Part shown: positions 8,860-14,708 of the stretch, piece after piece
Layout of the letters: every line of letters begins with the position of its first letter
Numbering within the stretch: the first letter of the stretch is position 1
Assembly: GCA_964510165.1 (NCBI GenBank)
Contig: CAZEBC010000062.1
Span: forward strand, 4,654 to 19,361
DNA length: 14,708 nt
Origin: an uncultured bacterium
GTDB lineage: Bacteria; Abyssobacteria; SURF-5
Direction of reading: 5' to 3'
Notes under the pieces: model-generated
The model's input: the letters and a program-made list of their open reading frames with translations, nothing else
The model's database searches: none
Told to the model about the DNA's origin: nothing
Program-made: the position numbers and the translations under genes

Positions 8860-9387
8860 CTATCGATCCTTGAGTTTCGATCGGATTTCCCTGAGTTTCT
8901 CAAATGGTGACGCGCCGACTTCCTGCCCGCAAGAGCATTGATCCTCATTGAGGTCGGCCCCGCACATCGGGCACAGCCCTTTGCAGCTTTCCCGGCAAAT
9001 CGGGTTAATGGGCATGTCCGTCAGGAGCAAGTCTCTGATCTCGGGGATAAGTTCAATGGTATCATCCTTGTAGAAGGCGAAGTTGAGGTCGGGCGCAATG
9101 ATTTCGGTCTCGTCCTTGGGGCGTTCTACTTCCGGAGCATACACGACGTCAAGGTCAAGGTTTATTGACATAATGAACGATTTCAGGCAGCGGCTGCACT
9201 CGCAATTCACCTTCCCGCTCAGTCGAGCGTGAACGGTGATATCCTCCCCCGCTTTGAGGGCATCGCCCATGACGGTGACCGGCTCAGTGAGTTCGTAGCC
9301 GGGCAAATCCATATGAATATCGGCAGCGAGCACCTCGCTCTCCAAGTGCAGCCCTTCTTCTGGAATGTCTTCGATGAAGATTCGCAT
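8860..9387 (-). CDS. yceD: DUF177/YceD family protein
   Basis: CSRCL and PICRESCKGLCPMCGADLN motifs, C-terminal PFEKL, and the canonical position upstream of rpmF. Confidence 0.9.
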   Translation of the reverse strand: MRIFIEDIPEEGLHLESEVLAADIHMDLPGYELTEPVTVMGDALKAGEDITVHARLSGKVNCECSRCLKSFIMSINLDLDVVYAPEVERPKDETEIIAPDLNFAFYKDDTIELIPEIRDLLLTDMPINPICRESCKGLCPMCGADLNEDQCSCGQEVGASPFEKLREIRSKLKDR

Positions 9388-9612
9388 CGTGAATCAGTCC
9401 TTTGCATCGGGGGTTGGGCAGAAAAAGACGGGCGACACACGGAGCGAGCTGCGATACGACAAAGGAGCAGGAGGCGATATTTCCCGCCAGCTTCCAGATT
9501 AGAAGTATCCCCCACTGCCCCTCTATGTGCAGTCAGTGGTCAATCGGCCAAGCGTGCGCCGGAATCGCATGGTCCGCGATGGCGCCCTTTCTGCCGTGAA
9601 ACCCTCATATTT
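9388..9612 (-). ncRNA. Putative structured 5' leader of the yceD-rpmF-fab-rnc operon (family not recognised)
   Basis: Lies between the predicted promoter and the yceD ATG. Long-range pairing of 9583-9604 with 9411-9434, plus several internal hairpins with G-U wobbles on the minus strand. Confidence 0.5.
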
Positions 9613-9618
9613 GTGTTC

Positions 9619-9648
9619 ATACTAGCATTTTCCGGTCCGCTTTGTCAA
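9619..9648 (-). promoter_or_regulatory. Sigma70-type promoter for the yceD-rpmF-fab operon
   Basis: Minus strand: TTGACA (9648-9643), 18-nt spacer ending TGC, then TAGTAT (9624-9619). This is a consensus -35 with an extended -10. Confidence 0.75.
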
Positions 9649-9776
9649 GCAAATGTCGATGCTTGCCTGGTATTGGGGCGGGCGTCTTAAGCCGAAGATT
9701 GTGCGGATTATTGCTTATATACCGGCCCTTGAGCCACCAAGACAAAGAGGCGCTGAAAAAGCTTGATGTCCAAAAC

Positions 9777-9806
9777 TTGAACAATGCCGCCCGGTTGAGA
9801 TATAGT
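9777..9806 (+). promoter_or_regulatory. Putative sigma70-type promoter for the dehalogenase-family gene
   Basis: TTGAAC (9777-9782), 18 nt, TATAGT (9801-9806), about 50 nt before ATG 9857. Confidence 0.5.
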
Positions 9807-9856
9807 TTGTTTCGGTAATCATATCCGTGAGCGAAGCAGGGAAAGGAGACAGCGCG

Positions 9857-10759
9857 ATGGGCATTATACGCACGCCGGAAGAGCGGTTTAAGGGGTTGCC
9901 GGACTACCCGTTCCAGCCGCGTTATGTCGAAATCAAGGGATGCAGGGTGCACTATGTGGATGAGGGCGCGGGCGAGGTGATCCTGTGCCTGCACGGTGAG
10001 CCGTCGTGGTCGTTTCTTTATAGGAAAATGATCCCGATTCTTACGAAAAAACACAGGGTGGTCGCGCCGGACTTCATCGGGTTTGGCAAGTCGGACAAGT
10101 TCACGGAGATGAGCGAGTATTCTTTCCAGATGCACCGCGACACGTTGGCGGAATTCATTGGAAAGCTTGGGCTTGACGCGATAACTCTAGTGTGTCAGGA
10201 CTGGGGCGGGCTTATCGGGCTTCGCGTGGCGAGCGAGATGCCGGAGCGGTTCGCGCGGCTGGTGATCATGAACACGGGTCTGCCGACAGGCGAGAGCGAG
10301 ATAAGTCAGGGCTTCATGCAGTGGCGCACGTATGTGGAGAACACGCCGGACCTTCCAATTGGTCAGATAATGCAGATGGCGATGGCCGATCCGGACCGAC
10401 TTACGCCGGAGATCGTGCGCGCGTATGAGGCGCCGTTTCCCGACCGCCGTTACAAAGCTGGCGCGCAGGCGTGGCCGCTGCTGGTGCCAATTCGGCCGGA
10501 CGATCCGGGGGCCGACTCGATGCGCAGGGCGCGCGATGTATTTGGAAAGTGGACAAAGCCGTGTCTGGTGATGTTCTCGGACGGCGACCCCATCACGCGA
10601 GGAGGCGACCTCCTGCTTCGGGCGCACATACCGTCGGCGAGCGAGGAGCCGGAGATAACGATCCGGGATGCGGGCCATTTCCTGCAGGAGGAGAAGGGCG
10701 AGGAGATCGCAAGGCATATTGTGGAGTTTATGGAGCGCAGGCCGATCAGGCTCGGGTGA
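9857..10759 (+). CDS. Haloalkane dehalogenase family alpha/beta hydrolase (HLD-I/DhlA-like motifs), about 300 aa
   Basis: AGGAG RBS at 9844-9848. Motifs [41 protein letters not shown] (Asp nucleophile plus Trp), FSDGDPI and AGHFLQE. Confidence 0.88.
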   Translation: MGIIRTPEERFKGLPDYPFQPRYVEIKGCRVHYVDEGAGEVILCLHGEPSWSFLYRKMIPILTKKHRVVAPDFIGFGKSDKFTEMSEYSFQMHRDTLAEFIGKLGLDAITLVCQDWGGLIGLRVASEMPERFARLVIMNTGLPTGESEISQGFMQWRTYVENTPDLPIGQIMQMAMADPDRLTPEIVRAYEAPFPDRRYKAGAQAWPLLVPIRPDDPGADSMRRARDVFGKWTKPCLVMFSDGDPITRGGDLLLRAHIPSASEEPEITIRDAGHFLQEEKGEEIARHIVEFMERRPIRLG

Positions 10760-10767
10760 TGAAGGTC

Positions 10768-10797
10768 TTGACCCGAGAAAGCGGCGATAACTATAAT
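10768..10797 (+). promoter_or_regulatory. Putative sigma70-type promoter for the glycosyltransferase genes
   Basis: TTGACC (10768-10773), 18 nt, TATAAT (10792-10797), immediately after the dehalogenase stop codon. Confidence 0.65.
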
Positions 10798-10863
10798 AAA
10801 CTACCATCGCGTGCCAAGAGGTTTGGGCCTGCAGTTCTGAATGCTGAGGGAGAAAGCTCGGCG

Positions 10864-12273
10864 TTGAATTACAACGGAAACAACAATAGGGACTGGAAAC
10901 TCTCGGTAGTCATCCCGGTATACAATGAATTCCTCACGCTGCCGGAACTAGTCGAGAAGGTTCGGGCGGTCGATGTGCCCAAGGAAATCATCATCGTGGA
11001 TGATTGCTCGACGGATGGAACGCGGAACTTGTATCCCGATATCGAGCCTTTGGTTGATAAGATCGTGCTGTTCGAGAAGAACCGGGGCAAGGGGGCGGCC
11101 ATCCGGGAGGGCCTGCGGCACGTAACGGGCGAGTTTGTCATCATCCAGGACGCCGACCTGGAGTATGACCCTCAGGAATACCCCAAGCTGCTCCAGCCGC
11201 TGCTCGAGGACAAGGCGGATGTGGTGTACGGGTCGCGATTTCTCGGCGGACAGCCCCACCGCGTGCTGTACTACTGGCACAGCGTTGCGAATCGTCTCCT
11301 AACGCTGCTCACGAACATGTTCACGGACCTGTGCCTGACCGACATGGAGACCTGCTACAAGATGTTCAGGACCTCGGCGATAAAGCAGATCGAGATAGAG
11401 GAGGACCGATTTGGATTCGAGCCCGAAGTAACTGGGAAACTGGCGAGGCTTGGCGTCCGCTTTTATGAGATGGGGATATCGTATTACGGGCGCAGTTATG
11501 AGGAAGGCAAGAAGATAGGGTTGAAGGATGCGTTCCGCGCGGTATGGTGCATATTGAAGTATTGCCGGGGGCGATATCGGAACGTGGTTCAGGAAACGTT
11601 GCTGCGGCTTGAGCAGTTCGATGAATATAGTGGTTGGATATTCGAAAAGATCAGCGCCCATATTGGCGAGCGCGTTCTGGAAGTGGGGTCGGGAATTGGG
11701 AGCATGGCTCGCAGACTGACGCACAAACAACACTTGATTCTTTCGGATGCCAGCAAAGAACACCTGAGTATACTGGAAAAACGGTTTGCGCGGAGGTCCA
11801 ACGTACGGGTAATACCGTTCGATATCGAACAGTCCGCTCCAGAACTTGACGGCGCTCTGCCCGACACCATTCTGTGCTTGAATGTTCTGGAACACGTCGA
11901 AAACGACGGGAAGGCGTTGGATAATTTTCATCGAACCCTCGCGCCCGGAGGACGGCTGGTGCTGCTGGTTCCGGCCTCAAGCCTGCTCTACAGCAATATC
12001 GATCGCAACCTCGGTCACTTCAGACGATATGGGCGCAAAGAGTTGGAGGGGAAACTCAGGGAATCGGGATTCGAAGTAGAACGGATGTTCTATTTCAATC
12101 GGTTGGGTTCGATCGGGTGGTTCGTGACGGGGAAGATTTTCCGTGCGGGACGCATAAGCAGGACGCATGTGCGGGCACATAGGGTGCTCTTGCCTCTTTG
12201 CCGACTGGTGGAGCTGACCGGACTGCCCTTTGGTCTTTCGCTGGTGGCCATCTCGAGAAAGGCCGATTTGTGA
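10864..12273 (+). CDS. Bifunctional GT2 (DPM1-like polyprenol-phosphate glycosyltransferase) / class I SAM-dependent methyltransferase
   Basis: N-terminal half: SVVIPVYNE, IIVDDCSTDGT, NRGKGAA, QDADLEYDP, DVVYGSRF. C-terminal half: VLEVGSGIG, CLNVLEHV, LAPGGRLVLLVP, GHFRRY. Probable start is TTG 10864 after GAGGGAG. ATG 10759 is an alternative. Confidence 0.88.
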   Translation: MNYNGNNNRDWKLSVVIPVYNEFLTLPELVEKVRAVDVPKEIIIVDDCSTDGTRNLYPDIEPLVDKIVLFEKNRGKGAAIREGLRHVTGEFVIIQDADLEYDPQEYPKLLQPLLEDKADVVYGSRFLGGQPHRVLYYWHSVANRLLTLLTNMFTDLCLTDMETCYKMFRTSAIKQIEIEEDRFGFEPEVTGKLARLGVRFYEMGISYYGRSYEEGKKIGLKDAFRAVWCILKYCRGRYRNVVQETLLRLEQFDEYSGWIFEKISAHIGERVLEVGSGIGSMARRLTHKQHLILSDASKEHLSILEKRFARRSNVRVIPFDIEQSAPELDGALPDTILCLNVLEHVENDGKALDNFHRTLAPGGRLVLLVPASSLLYSNIDRNLGHFRRYGRKELEGKLRESGFEVERMFYFNRLGSIGWFVTGKIFRAGRISRTHVRAHRVLLPLCRLVELTGLPFGLSLVAISRKADL

Positions 12274-12349
12274 GTGCCCCGAAGAAGATCGCCTGAGAAA
12301 CATCTGTCTGCGACACTGATTTGACGCCGAAGAGGTGGAACAACGCTTC

Positions 12350-14708
12350 ATGGAATCTGGATTGATGTCCGATGCAAAGGGACGCGCGTCCAGAATCAAT
12401 CCAATCGATAAGAGGACCGTCCTCACGGCGGTCCTGGTTGCGGTTGGAATATGTGGGTTTCTGGCCCATGTCTATCATGGTCTTAAAACGCCGAGCGCGC
12501 CCCATTGCGACCTCTATCATCAGTACCTTCCGTATCTGACCTATTTAAAGCGCTGTTACGAGTCCGGATCATTCCCTTTGTGGAATCCCTACCAGGCGGT
12601 GGGCTCTCCGTTTTTTGCCGTTCCCCTGTGGGGAGCTCTTTATCCGTTGAATTTTCTGATCCTGCCGCTGGGTGTACCGGTGGCAATGCTGGTCGTGCAA
12701 TTTCTGAATGTTTCCATTTATATAACCGGAACCATCCTATATCTTAGGCGCCTGAAGCTCGGGTGGTATGCGGTTGTGCCGGGGACGCTGCTCGCCGCGT
12801 ATCAGGCGCTGGGAGCCAACTTTTTTCTATCTGCGGGATCAACGTTTTGCTGGCTTCCCCTCATCATTTTGCTGACCCACAAGCTCGTTGAGCGTCCGCG
12901 GGTGCGGACCAGCCTTGGTCTCGCGCTATGTTTGAGTCTCTCGTTCTTCGGGGGTGTCACCCAGACGTTTTTCTATATGGCGTTGACGGTGTCGGCCTAC
13001 TTTGTCATTCTGGCGTTCCTTTCCCGGACTTCTGAGAAAACCAAGAAGCTTCTTCGGAGCTTCGTGCTGTTCTGTTTGGCCTTTCTCCTGACCATTGGGC
13101 TTGTGGCGGTTCAGCTTTTTCCCTCGATGGAGCTATCCGCTCATTCGGTTAGGTCAATGGGATACAGCGTTGGCCCCGGCACCGACCCGCTCGGTTTTCC
13201 TTTCTCGCTCTCGGGGATACGAGACAGCCTCGTGGGGGAATACAGCGGATTATACTTTGGTCTCTCAATGCTTTTTGTCCCGTTTGCGTTCCGAACTCCG
13301 AGATACAGGGCAGTGGCAATGGCTTCGCTCTCGGGTTTCCTCACTGTGCTGCTTTATCTGTTCTTCGCGAAAATGGGTTTGTTCAATTCGGTACCACTCA
13401 TCAAGTCCTTTCGTTTTCTTGATAGAGCGCTTCCCGCAGGGCTTTTCATGGTCTCTGTGCTCGTGGCGATCGGGCTGCAGCGGCTTGACGAGAGGACCCC
13501 TTGCGAGGTAACAGACTGGGGCACGCGAGGAACGGCTTTCGCCTTCCTTATTGGGGGATACGCGGTGGTATTGTATTTCCCCTATTACGGGCAGTTATTC
13601 TCTCAAAGATCGGCATATATCGGGACCGCGTTCCTCTTGCCGGGCCTACTGGCGGGTGTCTTGTTCTTGTATTATTCTCAATATTCATTGACAGCCAAGA
13701 AACGCGGGGTGCTTCTCATGGCGATTTTCGCGGCGGTCGGCCTCGTGACCCGCAAGGACTACATTCAACATTTTGGAATCGTTGGAATCTATTTGCCCGC
13801 GGCTCTTTTCCTCATCTTTGTTGTGACTTCCATGACGGCGATCTCGGGGAAAGCGAGGCAAGCGGCTCTCTGGCTGCTTCTCCTATTGGCGGTGGCGGAC
13901 GCGGTGCTTAACAGAGCGCAGACAAAGGCCACAATTCCATTCCATTACCGCGCTGAAGTCCCTAAACTCATCGCTTCCGAACGCTTTGCGTGGGTCAGGG
14001 AAAGAGCGGGTTATGACCGGGTCTTGTTGAAGCCGCACGTGTGCGAAAACGTGGGAACTTTGGCGAAGTTTTATGCCATCAACAGCTATGATCCGATGAA
14101 TTTGCATAGATGGAGGAGTTACGTGGTTTTCCTTCTGGGACCGGACAGGTTTGAAGAGCTTTACAGAAAAGAGATATTTTTGGGTCTACGGTTCATCACC
14201 CCCGATGAGTTCATCTCGGAATCAAAACTGTCCGGGTTGCTCTCATTGAGATACTACGTTACGTCTCGCCCGATCCAAAATGCAGACTGGCAACTGGTTT
14301 ATGAAGGCGAGGACGATATCTCCGCATTTCAGGTTTATGAAAACAGGTATGCACTGCCTCGGGTTTATCTTGCGGGGGACTATGTCATAACGCACAACGA
14401 AGAAGAGAGCCTCGATGCTATCCGCGCAAACCTTGATGAGCTTTCACGCGGACGGCTGGTGGTGATTGAAGATGCGAAGCCGTCGTTCTCGAGACGGCCC
14501 GCCGGCGGCGCGGGCACGGCTCATATAGGGAAGTATGGAATTAATGACGTTGTGGTCGAGGTCGAAGCCGAAACGCCCTCCCTGCTTGTGCTTACGGACA
14601 GCCATTTCCCGGGTTGGAGGGCATTTGTGGATGGAAGCGAGCGGCCCATCTTGCGGGCGAACTCGTTGTTCAGGGCGGTTGAGATAAGTCCGGGCGTGCA
14701 CCAAGTCG
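12350..14708 (+). CDS. YfhO-like polytopic membrane protein (GT-C-type glycosyltransferase), more than 786 aa, 3'-truncated; absent from the ORF track
   Basis: Manual translation from ATG 12350 (GAGGTGG upstream) is open to the window end: MESGLMSDAKG...DLYHQYLPY...FPLWNPYQAVGSPF...LYP, many hydrophobic segments, VQLFPSMEL...SVR, NSYDP, VYENRYALPRV and LLVLTDSHFPGWRAFVDG...ILRANSLFRAV...GVHQV. Confidence 0.85.
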   Translation, partial: MESGLMSDAKGRASRINPIDKRTVLTAVLVAVGICGFLAHVYHGLKTPSAPHCDLYHQYLPYLTYLKRCYESGSFPLWNPYQAVGSPFFAVPLWGALYPLNFLILPLGVPVAMLVVQFLNVSIYITGTILYLRRLKLGWYAVVPGTLLAAYQALGANFFLSAGSTFCWLPLIILLTHKLVERPRVRTSLGLALCLSLSFFGGVTQTFFYMALTVSAYFVILAFLSRTSEKTKKLLRSFVLFCLAFLLTIGLVAVQLFPSMELSAHSVRSMGYSVGPGTDPLGFPFSLSGIRDSLVGEYSGLYFGLSMLFVPFAFRTPRYRAVAMASLSGFLTVLLYLFFAKMGLFNSVPLIKSFRFLDRALPAGLFMVSVLVAIGLQRLDERTPCEVTDWGTRGTAFAFLIGGYAVVLYFPYYGQLFSQRSAYIGTAFLLPGLLAGVLFLYYSQYSLTAKKRGVLLMAIFAAVGLVTRKDYIQHFGIVGIYLPAALFLIFVVTSMTAISGKARQAALWLLLLLAVADAVLNRAQTKATIPFHYRAEVPKLIASERFAWVRERAGYDRVLLKPHVCENVGTLAKFYAINSYDPMNLHRWRSYVVFLLGPDRFEELYRKEIFLGLRFITPDEFISESKLSGLLSLRYYVTSRPIQNADWQLVYEGEDDISAFQVYENRYALPRVYLAGDYVITHNEEESLDAIRANLDELSRGRLVVIEDAKPSFSRRPAGGAGTAHIGKYGINDVVVEVEAETPSLLVLTDSHFPGWRAFVDGSERPILRANSLFRAVEISPGVHQV

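Noticed and set aside
9388..9612. Assigning the leader to cobalamin, lysine, ZTP or c-di-AMP riboswitches, 6S, SRP or RNase P RNA
   Set aside because: Only fragmentary resemblance (for example CCACTG, GAAAGG). The conserved cores were not found by eye, so an Rfam scan is needed.
9219..9690. ORFs of 98, 153 and 65 aa across the yceD leader
   Set aside because: No recognisable motifs or convincing RBS, and they overlap yceD or the promoter. The region is better explained as a non-coding leader.
10471..10758. 600-aa version of the glycosyltransferase starting inside the dehalogenase
   Set aside because: The extension is an alternate frame of the dehalogenase 3' end, and GT2 similarity begins only near 10900.

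Overview
Bacterial chromosomal window that is mostly housekeeping and metabolic. On the + strand, the 3' part of an ADP-forming acyl-CoA synthetase alpha-type gene (1-978) is followed by an inverted pair of GTAG-type REP-like hairpins and a large cytoplasmic Cys-type sulfatase (1056-3410). Converging on it is a minus-strand operon: yceD-rpmF-fabD-fabG-acpP-fabF-rnc-acyl-CoA dehydrogenase (9387-3479). It lacks the usual plsX and fabH, has an acyl-CoA dehydrogenase coupled to rnc, and starts from a good sigma70 promoter through an approximately 225-nt leader that appears strongly structured. Divergent from this operon are a haloalkane-dehalogenase-family hydrolase, a fused GT2 glycosyltransferase/SAM methyltransferase, and a large YfhO-like membrane protein that runs off the window and is missing from the ORF track. 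I found no rRNA, tRNA, CRISPR array or transposase. The best candidates for something new are the structured leader, the altered fab operon and the GT2-MTase/YfhO glycosylation pair. All family assignments come from recognising motifs by eye, not from database searches.
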